Below are positions 37,844 through 49,882 of a stretch of 64,000 bases of DNA, piece by piece. Each line of letters opens with the position of its first letter. Within the stretch, counting starts at the first letter, position 1. Under the pieces are notes generated by a model. The model saw only the letters and a list, made by a program, of their open reading frames with translations, was not told the origin of the DNA and made no database searches. Both the position numbers and the translations under genes were made by a program. The DNA lies in contig OZ024740.1 in NCBI GenBank assembly GCA_964016885.1, positions 197,098,001-197,162,000 on the forward strand, written 5' to 3'. Source of the stretch: Eledone cirrhosa. Taxonomy: Eukaryota.

Positions 37844-38029
37844 CCGGGTTGAATCAGGGGTAACCACAGTAAGTAAGGTACTCAATACATAGCAGAGTAT
37901 AAATGTTTTAATATAGAAAAGCTTCTACAGGACTAGAACTGATTCATTTGTGAGAAAATCATCAGGAGCTTCCTGATGATTTCTCATGAATGAAACAGTT
38001 CTAGTCCTGTAGAAGCTTTTCTATATTAA
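37841..38029 (-). mobile_element. Fold-back element 3 in (TA)n
   Basis: ~60-bp imperfect inverted repeat (37908-37967 / 37971-38029) with a ~67-bp tail on the left; flanked by (TA)n. Confidence 0.75.
37964..38020 (+). ncRNA. Type I hammerhead ribozyme motif
   Basis: Stem I aggagcttc/gaagctttt; CTGATGA 37973-79; weak stem II ttc/gaa; GAA-ACAG..CTGT-A (GUA, cleavage after 38011). Confidence 0.7.
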
Positions 38030-38084
38030 TATATATATGTATATATGTACATATATATATATAAAATAATATATATATATATAA

Positions 38085-40146
38085 AATAATAATAATAAAG
38101 AAATTATTGTGTACAGTGCTCGGATGCAAGACAACTCATCAAAGGTGCATGTATAGTACATAGAATAATATACAAATGTCAGGGAAGTGAATAGTGTATG
38201 AGTCGTGATATACATGTGAGTGTGTGTATGGAGGGGGAGTATTAGGTGTAGTGTTGGTGAATCTCAGGAAGCATGGAGGTTTTAAAGGATGCAGTGTCTC
38301 GGCAGCTAACAACTGACGTAGGCAGTTTGTTCCATGCTTCAGCAACTCTGAGCGTGAAAATATGTTTCCGAAAGTCATGGTAGCTGTGCTGTTTTCTGAC
38401 TTTGTTGGCATGCCCACGTGTGTTAGACACATGGAAATCAAAAAGGTACTCTGGGTTGTTGTTGGCAAGATGGTTAATAATTTTGTGGGTGTTTACCAAG
38501 TCAGTTGCCAGACGTCAGAGCTTCAATGTATCCATGCCTAGGGAAGCAAGGCATTCAGAGTATGGTAGATGCTTGATGGAGGGTATTCGCTTGGTTGCAC
38601 ATCTCTGAACAGTTTCCAGGCAGTCAATGTTCTGAGCAAGATAGGGGTTCCAGACTGGTGATGCAAATTCTAAGTGTGGCCGCACCATAGCTATATACAG
38701 CTTTAAATAGATAGCTGGAGAGCGGGTGACAAAGGTCTTGCTGAGTGATACTAAGACACCTTCGGCCTTCTTGACAATTTTAGAACTGTGCTTCGTCCAA
38801 TGAAAATCGCTGCTGACAGTAATGCCCAGGTCACGTTCACAAGAAGACTTCTTGATATTAGTGTTGTGGAGGGAGTATGTGGACGCTGGGTTTTTACTCC
38901 CAAAGTGCATGGTGGTACACTTGTCCACAGCCAGCTTGAGTTGCCAGTCCATGATCCATTGTTGCATTGTGTCCAGGTCAGACTGCAGGCAAGATCTATA
39001 GTGTTCAGGATTTGTCCTTTTTATCTCGAGGTACAGCTTAATGTCATCTGCATATTTCAGTACTGTGGCATTCTTTAAGTTGACATCTATGTCATTAATA
39101 TATGCCACAAACAAAAGGGGGCCAAGAACAGATCCCTGTGGTACACCAGATGACATCTCATACGGTGAGGAATGCTGTCCTAGAACCGTGACTGAGAATG
39201 AAGGACTTCAACCAGTTAAAAAGATCATCCTTCACACCCATTGCAGAGAGTTTTGCCATAAGTCTTTTGTGTGGCACAGAATTGAAAGCTTTAGCAAAGT
39301 CAAGATAAACAACATCCACCCATGAGCTGCCATCAGTGATCCAGGTGATGTCCTCAAGAAACTTGATAAGTTGATCACAGCAGCTGGAGTTGGGGATAAA
39401 TCCAAATTGCGAGGGCCGGATAAGACTGTGAGAGTTCCAGAAGATCCAAAGTGTTTCTCTGACACAGGATTCCATCAGTTTGGCGATGCAGCTAGTAAGA
39501 CTGACTGGACAATAGTTCACAGGTGATGTGCGGTCACCCTTTTCGAACAGGGGAATGACACTGGCAGTTTTCCAATGTTCTAGAGTAGCACCGTTGTTCA
39601 GACAGAATTGGAAGAAGTGTGATAGCTGGTGCAGAAGGAAGTACCCACCACGTTTGAGAAGCAGGTACGTAACACCATCAAGACCAGGAGAGGCATGGTT
39701 GCATTTATTTTTAAGGTGACGTCACAGCATTGCAGGTGTAAATTCCATAGTTGTAATAGAATCCGATGTCAGAGGTGGTGGAGATGGTACACTCTGGTCT
39801 TCAACAGTGAAAATGCCTGCATAGCATTCAGCAATGAGTTCTGCGCATTCCTTGGGGTCATCAGTAACCTGGCCTGTGTGGGGATTGCAAAGAGGACCAA
39901 CTGGAGAGTGAGGGCCTCTGCTTTGAGTGAACATACTTCCAGAACACCTTACTGCCAGGGTTGGTTGCTATGCCCTGCTCAAATTCAAGCACTGCCTTTT
40001 TTGTCACCTGCTTGAGATGGTTGGATGATTTATTTCGCTTTTTCCTATTAATATCTGATTTATGCAGTTTGTACTCGCGTTCAACATTACAACATTCTTT
40101 CCTGGCAAGATGGACTGCTGCAGTCTCCCAAATTGCACTTTTGGGA
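38085..40146 (-). mobile_element. 5'-truncated CR1-group LINE, disrupted RT
   Basis: NYCPVSLTS, VVYLDFAKAF, GVPQGSVLGPLLF, KYADD (39043-54), RPHLEFASPVWNP, RGHANK; (ATT)n tail. Confidence 0.93.
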
Positions 40147-40167
40147 TGTTTTTTTTTATAAATATAT

Positions 40168-40379
40168 AGTGGTTAGCTGCCGAGACACTGCATCCTTTAA
40201 AACCTCCATGCTTCCTGTAATTCTCCAACATACACACGCAGACATGTATATCATGACTCATACACTGTTCACTTTCCTGACATTTGTACATTATTCTATA
40301 TACTATACATGCACCTTTGAGGAGTTGTAGTGCACTTGAGCACTGTACAATAATTTCATTATTATATTATTATTATTAT
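40168..40379 (+). mobile_element. CR1 3' tail, inverted relative to the adjacent CR1
   Basis: Reverse-complement match to 38085-38312 with an internal deletion. Confidence 0.88.
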
Positions 40380-40818
40380 ATATATATCATCATCATCATT
40401 GTTTAACGTCCACTTCCACGCTAGCATGGGTTAGACGGGTTGTCCCACTTGAGGCAAGTTGGGTCGAGTGACTGTGTCTTGCTTATATAGAACTGTTTCT
40501 GGCTAGATTTATACAGGCGGATGTATGTATATTTTTTTGTGGACAGGGTGAGGCTTTCTATACTGTTTTTTCTTACTAAAATACTTAATGAGCAGTTTGA
40601 AATGGGGCCTACAATTTATATCTGACCTGAGTTTATTACCACCTGCATGGGCCAGCATTTTACATCTAGCCTGGGCCTACTACCAACTTTACACTTGTCT
40701 GATTATATCTGGCTATATAATAATATTTGGAAGGTCCTCCATTCATAAGACAACTTTTCCATTTACTTTTATTTTTGTTCTTATTGTTGTTGATTTTCGT
40801 TTTTTTTTTTTAACCCAG

Positions 40819-40980
40819 GAACACCAATATTTGAGCCAATCTCTTGATTCTTCTATAAGTGGCTCAGGAAATTATTTAAAAGAAGGTCCATCAACCCCAA
40901 TACCCATCAATATGCCACAGATCAAGAAGTCCCTTTCCTGGCAAAACCGAGTCAACATGACCACCTCTCCTGGACAGTCT
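40819..40980 (+). CDS. ZNF704: ZNF704-family penultimate coding exon (54 aa, EHQYLSQS...KKSLSWQ..SPGQS)
   Basis: Polypyrimidine tract plus cccag acceptor; donor |gtaagt; phase 0/0 joins both neighbouring exons in frame. Confidence 0.82.
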
Positions 40981-41699
40981 GTAAGTAAAATATTTTTTGT
41001 ATTTTCCTCCAATTGTGTTTTGTTTTTAAATTGATCTAATTATTATGATATATATTAAGGAGATCTACAATACTCTTGGCAATAATCCCTCATTTTGAGC
41101 AAGGGAAAAAGCCTTAGATATGAAAATTAGAAAAATACCCATGCTTATATTTTAAATAAGAATTACTGTGTGCTCTCCATTGTGGCCAAACGTCGTTGGC
41201 TCAAACTAGTAAAAGATTATTTTTAGATTAATTTGCATTTTATTATTTTACTGTTAATCCATTCATAAGACAAGGGTGGTGGATTGGCAGAACTGTTAGA
41301 ATATTGAGCAAAATGCCTTGTGGTATTTAATATAAAGGAGCAGTGGGAATTCCTGGAAGATAACCTACTGAAGGCAACAAACAAAATCTGTGGTTGGAGC
41401 AGGTCTCCAAGGAGAAGGAGAGTGACTTGGTGATGTAACAGTATGGTGGAGGAGATAACTAAGGCCAAAAAACTGGGTGCTATTTGTCATGTCACCAACA
41501 CGACCACTTTACAGAGTGAACTGGGCGCTTAATATATATATATATATGGCGGTACTCAGTAATAGAGAAGACCCGCCTTACCTGAATACAAAGTAAAACC
41601 TACTACAGTCAGTAGGCATCTCTAACAAAATACACCTCCGTCCCACCACCCCCACCCCATCCACACCGCCCCTTTCAATGTAAAGTTATGTTGGTGCCA

Positions 41700-41970
41700 C
41701 AACATCCAGGCCGAAACAAATGAGATCGTGTAGGTGTCACGACAAAAAAAAAACACACAGTCCATGCTGTAATGTGGCCGTGTAGGCAACACGGTAAAAA
41801 CCTCCCAGTCCACACTGTAAATGTGGTTGGTGTTAGGAAGGGCATCCAGCTGTAGAAAACCCGCCAGACAGTCCTATGCGAGCAAGACAACCACTCTTGC
41901 CTCAAGTGGGAAAACTCCCGTCCAAACCCATGCAAGCATGGAACATGGACGTTAAACGATGATGATGATA
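41700..41970 (+). mobile_element. RTE-type 3' tail element
   Basis: Same family as 18597-18825; ends in (GAT)n. Confidence 0.8.
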
Positions 41971-41982
41971 TATATATATATA

Positions 41983-42414
41983 TCATCATTATCATCACCG
42001 TTTTACCCATGCTAGCATGGGTTAGATGGGTTGTCCTATTGTGGGCAGTGTCCGGTAGGCTGACCTTGTCTTGCTCATACGGGAACTGATTGTGGTTTGA
42101 TTTCTACAGCGGGATGCCCTTCCTAACACCAACCTCATTTACAGTGAGTGCTGGGTGCTTTTTTTTTTTGTGGCGCCTACACATCCACTTTACAGTGTGG
42201 GCTGGGTGCTTTTTGGCGTGGCACCTCCACGACCACTTTGCAGTGGAATGATAGGGACCCCAGTTCTATCATCTCATTTCTACAGCTGTGATAAACTGGA
42301 GCAATGTGAAATAAAGTGTCTTGCTCAAGGAAACAACACATCACTCGGTCCGAGAATTGAACTCACAACCTTTCGATTGCAAGCCCAATGCTCTAACTAC
42401 TAAGCCATGCGCCT
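41983..42414 (-). mobile_element. Full-length family A SINE with long RTE tail
   Basis: tRNA head at 42340-42414; tail matches the LINE 3'UTR at 10895-11158. Confidence 0.9.
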
Positions 42415-42891
42415 ATATATATATATATATATATAGTGTTTCTGAGGAAGATTTTGAAACTAGTAATAGGTAGTAACTTAACATACTAGTTGATACATCG
42501 ATCTCCACCGATCAATCAACCCTCTTAAACGATCATAAAATAATGAACTATCTACCTACGCCCGACTTCTGTTTTTTATTATTGTATGCACAAAATACAA
42601 ACACACACTTACACATATACATGTATATGTATGTATTTATATATATGAGAGAGAAAAAGAGATACACACATATATATGTGTGTATGTGTATATATATATA
42701 TAGTAATAATAATAAATTTGAAGACTAAAATCCAAAGAGGGCTCGATAAGGATAAATATATATCAAATATATAAGAACCCTAGAGCAAATATTTATTAAA
42801 ATAACAGATTAAAGTTTAAGCAACGTATCGCTGCTTTCACCCTTTGCTTAAATATATATATACATAGACTTATTTTGTTTCTTATTTGTAG

Positions 42892-43122
42892 ACTTCTGCT
42901 CCTGTTCGTATGAGCAAACCCAGTCCACAGGAAAGGTTGCATCAACATCAAAGTCAATCACCAAAATGTCATATGTTAACATCACCTCAGAAATGTACAG
43001 TGACACACAAGAAATCTCGTAGTGAAGTACGTAAGTGCCGCAAAGTTTACGGTATGGAAAATAGGGACATGTGGTGCACTCAGTGTAAATGGAAGAAAGC
43101 ATGTTCACGCTTCGTGGACTGA
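42892..43122 (+). CDS. ZNF704: ZNF704-family terminal exon with C-clamp (CR3) DNA-binding motif
   Basis: Acceptor tatttgtag; TSAPVRM...[40 protein letters not shown] at 43120-22. Closely matches the ZNF704/ZNF395 C-terminus. Confidence 0.95.
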   Translation, partial: TSAPVRMSKPSPQERLHQHQSQSPKCHMLTSPQKCTVTHKKSRSEVRKCRKVYGMENRDMWCTQCKWKKACSRFVD

Positions 43123-43350
43123 GGAGCACAGGCAAATACTACATAGTCACAAAATAATTCCCCCCCATTTGATTTTGGGTTGTTGTTTTTTTTTTTTATC
43201 TTTTAAATTTTTTTTTTCTAAACATATTTTATTCTCATCTGAGTTGATCTTAAAAGAATGAACTCTTATATATATAAGTATATATATATACATGTGTATA
43301 AATATATACATATAAATATATATGTCTATATATACGTGTATAGATATGTT

Positions 43351-43387
<37 letters not shown>

Positions 43388-45100
43388 AATTGTACAATAA
43401 TTTTTTTTTTTTCATTTTTACCATCTGAGGGGTTGGGTGGGTGGGTTTTAATGGTATTTTTCTGAGCTTTTATTAATACTACTATTATTATTATTAATCA
43501 TAATATTAATATTATTATTATTATCACTCTTTTTATTATTCTTTTTTTTTTACTCACTGACTTCTTTCAGTGGCCTTTTATATTTTGTTTGTCTTTTTTG
43601 TTGATTGACAAAATGGAGGCAATACCTGGGAAATGTACTCTCATATATATCTGTACACACATACCCAAAGCTACATTTCATATGTAAGGATTCTTTTTTT
43701 CATTTAGCACCTCAATAAATAATAATCTTTGAGTTTATAATTCCCCCCACCTACATTAAAGCAAGATTAGGAAAAAATCTTTTTTTTATAAAATTAATTT
43801 GTATGCTCTAAGGTATGTTACATAATTTTCTTTCAAGCACACATGTGTGTATGAGTTGGTGTGTGCATATATATGAATATACACATATACATACATATGT
43901 GTGTGTGCATATATATATATAAATATATATGTGTGTATATGTATGTATTTATATATGTTTTGTGTGTGTGTATATATATATATATACACATACATATATT
44001 TATATATATATACATGCAGACATACACAGTATACAGATATTTGTAAATTCATCGTTAAATATATCTAGGCTTATTCTGATTATCAGATAGATTTAAATAT
44101 TTTTCTGCGATCTTCATAAGGTAAGCTACAGCATACATTTTAGATTTATTCTTCATTATAAGTAAAATTTTATAAATTTTGCTTCATTATAAAGCAGATG
44201 GTAACATACATTCATATAGAGCTGTGGGGAAAAAGAAGGGGGAAAATAATTAACAAAATCTATAAAAAAAAAAAATCGAAATAAAAAATATATTAATAGA
44301 TAAATACATAAAAATAAATGAATAAAGAATATTCAAGTTAAAAATAATTAATAAATAAATTGTTAAATATGTTTTAATTTGATGATGAGAAATAATATTT
44401 TATAATCAATACAAAAAAAAAAACTGAAGAAAATTAAACCCCCCAAAAATAAATTTAAATAATGATGTTTTATTCAAAAATAATATGTTTAAGATTTATC
44501 ATTTGAAAAAAATGAAATAAAATAAAATTTATTTATTTATCTATTTATTCTGAAACATGGTGATAAAATTAATATTGCTGATATATTATTCTTACAAAGA
44601 TCGTGTGATTTTATATAAAATGGAAAAAAAAATATTACTATTAGTGTTATTTACAATTAACACTGCCTTTTTAATGATTATTAATTATTATCATTATCAT
44701 TATTATTACTATTATTATTATTATTTTTATTATTATTATCATCATTATTATTATTATTATGTTGTCTGACAGTCAAATCAGAGATTCATATATATTATTA
44801 ATAAGGTTTGTTAACTGAAGATCTTTCAACTGGAATTCCATCAACATTTATTATATAACAAGAATTCATTATTAAAACTGTGAAAGGGAATGGTTATCAA
44901 CCATGCAGCAATGTTATATCTCTCATATCTTAATATTTTATTACTGAAAAATAACTTTATCATGGTGCTTTCCTACAAATAAATATGCATTATCAACGGA
45001 AATGTTAGTATAATAGAAACTAAATTGTTATAGTTATAACAGATGATATAGCACTCACTTAATGAATAATTATTTTTAGCAGGAGAGTTTTTAAAAAATA
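43123..45100 (+). other. Putative long AU-rich 3'UTR
   Basis: ~2 kb with no recognisable TE after the stop; several AATAAA (e.g. 43714, 44321). The end point is unknown. Confidence 0.4.
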
Positions 45101-45148
45101 AGTATCTATGTATCAAAAATTTCTTTTATAGATTCATATGTCATACTT

Positions 45149-45188
<40 letters not shown>

Positions 45189-45364
45189 ACTTGGTTTTTT
45201 GTATTGTTTTCTTGACCAACATCTGTGAGTCCACCTTGTTGTAACCATCATCATGTGAATGAAGATTTTGCATCATAGTGGTTGACACATATTTCTCTAT
45301 TTAAGCAGTTTAGTTATTGTTTGAACCAATAACATCACATGTAAATATTATATGTCCAATTTAA

Positions 45365-45620
45365 GTAGCTAAACTATTTGTTGTAGTTTCAATTCCTGGA
45401 CTGGGTTATGTGTTGTGTTCTTGAGCTGAACACTTCTTTTCACATTACTCCAGTATACTCAGCTGAAAATGAGTACCAGCAGTAGCTTGGGGTTTAACCC
45501 TGCGATGGACTAGCCTCCTTTCCAGGGGGGAGTCTTGTACTCTCAGTCGCTTCACGCTTCATGACACGAAACTGGGATAAGTACCTGCCTGACGAGCCTT
45601 CTGGCTTGAGACAGACTTTA
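45365..45620 (+). mobile_element. CORE-like SINE, variant tail
   Basis: Similar to 33504-33730. Confidence 0.78.
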
Positions 45621-47381
45621 GATAGATAGAGAAATTATTGTTAACTAGTAATATATTCTGAAAATTTAATTATATATTTCAAGATTATTCAGTTATTACC
45701 ATTATTCTTGGGGGAAGGGGAAAGAATCAGTACAGTGCTCAGGTTCACTAGAACTCATCTAAGGTTCATGTATAGAATAATGTACAAACCTTTCACATTA
45801 AATGTGTCTGTTAGGGTATATATTATAAAAGTGTATGGTTGGTAACATTAAGATTGTATGATACTTTAGCCAAAAGGAATTATCTTTGGAAAAACTCAAT
45901 TTTATAGTTGTTGGTCTTATGTCCCATTGCAAGTTTCGAGTTTTGCGCTCTTGGGCAAGACCTTTAACGTTAATATCATGCCTAATTTAGAAATCATTCT
46001 GTATATCAAAGCATGTATAGTTCAGATTATGGAAATGACAGTTACTTGTTCTTCCTAATATTACACATCTTCCTTATGTTTGGTGCTGCTAAAAATATTG
46101 TATGTTTTCTTCTCTTCATCACACTACAGCATACTCTTTTTTATACATTTTCCTTGATATATATATATATAGAGAGAGAGTCAACACATATGTATAGGGC
46201 CGTATTTATTGGGGGTTGGAGAAGGTGAATGCCCTAGGACCCCTTTGACAAATCGGGCCCCCTCTAAGAACAGCCCTGGGCCCCTCAAGGTCTAAATATG
46301 GCTTTGCATATGTGTATCTGTATGTTTATATGTGCATGTGTGTGTGGGTGACAATGTGTTTCTCTTCCTCACTTATCAGTTATATAGAGCTGTCAGAGCA
46401 TAAGACAATAAATGTACACCTACATGTGTTATCTATTTAAAGTTATAGAGAGTTAGATACTAACATTGTAAAGTTGAGTTGCTTTTTTTCTATAGAGACA
46501 ATGAAGTGCTAGTGACATGATGGGAAATGACTCTTCGGCTACTTGTCTACCAAAACTAAGTTAATCAATCATGACCCCCACCAAAATCAATATCATTTTA
46601 AAATGTGCATTTCAAACAGGGGTCAATAAAATAAATAGCAGTCAAGTATTGGGTTTGATTTAATTTACTATATATACTCTTCCCAAAAAGGTGTGTGGCC
46701 TTGTGCCAGTCTTAGAAATGAATGTAGTTGATTAGCAGAATTGTTAGGGCAGCAGACAAAATGCTTTGCAGTATTTATACTGCTTCATTATATTCTGAGC
46801 TTAATCTTCTGGTGTGGTCAACTTTGCCATTCATCTGTCTGGAGCCGATAAAATAAAGTACCAATCAAGTACTGTTATAAATCAATATTAAAAATTTTCT
46901 TCATTCTCAGACAAAATAATTATGTATATATAGGTTTATTGATTTACCTGGATATAGATTTACCTGTGATAGGAGAACAGAAAGCAACTTTAAAATACTT
47001 ACAAAAATAAATCTTAAATGAATTAGATTCAATCAAATATCTAACTGTATAACCAGTACTCTACACGAGGACATTGTTTTGAGGGTAGTTGTAGGGATGT
47101 GATTTAATTAGCTTTATTCCACCAGAAAAATAATTAAGATTATAATCTCTCAGACTGCTAACCTCATTTTTAGATTGTACATTTATTTTATTTATATCTC
47201 CACTATGTTTCAGCTGATTGGATCATCAATTGCCATCAGATAGTAATGACTTTATGACTTCAGCCAGTAGGCCAGTGAGGCATGTACATAGTAAATAAGT
47301 ACATTACTATACTAGATTTAGAAATATAGGTTCCTTGTTCGCTTTCAGTCTGGAACCATGTACATATATTGGAATAAGACA

Positions 47382-47581
47382 NNNNNNNNNNNNNNNNNNN
47401 NNNNNNNNNNNNNNNNNNNNNNNNNNNNNNNNNNNNNNNNNNNNNNNNNNNNNNNNNNNNNNNNNNNNNNNNNNNNNNNNNNNNNNNNNNNNNNNNNNNN
47501 NNNNNNNNNNNNNNNNNNNNNNNNNNNNNNNNNNNNNNNNNNNNNNNNNNNNNNNNNNNNNNNNNNNNNNNNNNNNNNNNN
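47382..47581. other. Assembly gap (200 N)
   Basis: Run of exactly 200 N. Confidence 1.
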
Positions 47582-48383
47582 TACTTACATTATATATATC
47601 TGCACGATTATTACATACATATATATATACATATATAACATAACATATATAAATACATATATAACATACATATATATATATATACATATAGACTACAATA
47701 ATATATATATATACATATATACAGTACATATATATATATTTCACATATATACATACTTATATATATATACATATAGTACATACATATATATATAGTATAC
47801 CATAAATACATACATATATATATATACATATATACATACATATATATCTATCTTGCACTTTTTACATACATATATATATATATACATATATACTGACATA
47901 TCATATATATATACATATATAACATACATATATTTTATACATACATATCTATATTACATACATATATATATATATACATATATACATACATATATATATA
48001 TATACATATATACATACATATATATATATATACATATATACATACATATATTATATATACATATATACATACATATATATATATATACATATATACATAC
48101 ATATATATATATATACATATATACATACATATATATATACATATATACATACATATATATATATACATATATACATACATATATATATATATACATATAT
48201 ACATACAATATATATATACATATACATACAATATATATATATACATACATATATATATATATACATATATACATACATATATATATATATACATATATAC
48301 ATACATATATATATATACATATATACATACATATATATATATATACTATATACATATATATATATATATACATATATACATAC

Positions 48384-48414
<31 letters not shown>

Positions 48415-49797
48415 CATATATACATACATATATATATATATACATATATACATATATACATATATATATACATATATACATACATATATATATATATACA
48501 TACATATATACATACATATATATATATATATATATACATACATATATATATATACATATATACATACATATATATATATTACATATATACATACATATAT
48601 ATATAATTACATATATACATACATATATATATATACATATATACATACATATATATATATATACATATATACATACATATATATATATATACATATATAC
48701 ATACATATATATATATATACATACATATATATATATACATATATACATACATATATATACATATATACATACATATATATATATATACATATATACATAC
48801 ATATATATATATATACATATATACATACATATATATATATACATTATACATACATATATATATATACATATACATACATATATACATATATATATACATA
48901 TATACATACATATATATATATATACATATATACATACATATATATATATATACATATATACATACATATATATATATATACATATATACATACATATATA
49001 TATATATACATATATACATACATATATATATATATACATATATACATACATATATATATATATACATATATACATACATATATATATATACATATATACA
49101 TACATATATATATATATACATATATACATACATATATATATATATACATATATACATACATATATATATATATACATATATACATACATATATATATATA
49201 TATATACATACATATATATATATATATACATATATACATACATATATACATATATACATACATATATATATATATACATATACATATATACATACATATA
49301 TACATACATATATACATATATACATACATTATATATATATACATATATACATACATATATATATATATACATATATACATACATATATATATATATACAT
49401 ATATACATACATATATATATATATACATATATACATACATATATATATATATACATATATACATACATATATATATATATACATATATACATACATATAT
49501 ATATATATACATATATATACATATATACATACATATATATATATATACATATATACATACATATATAATATATACATATATACATACATATATATATATA
49601 TACATATATACATATATACATATATACATATATACATACATATATATATATATACATATATACATATATACATATATAACATACATATATATATATATAC
49701 ATATATACATACATATATATATATATACATATATACATACATATATATATATATACATATATACATACATATATATATATATACAATATATACATAC

Positions 49798-49844
<47 letters not shown>

Positions 49845-49851
49845 TACATAC

Positions 49852-49882
<31 letters not shown>

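Noticed and set aside
45579-45612. CTGACGA-gcc..ggc-ttGAGAC as a hammerhead
   Set aside because: GAAA is absent and there is no stem I or III; it is part of a SINE tail.
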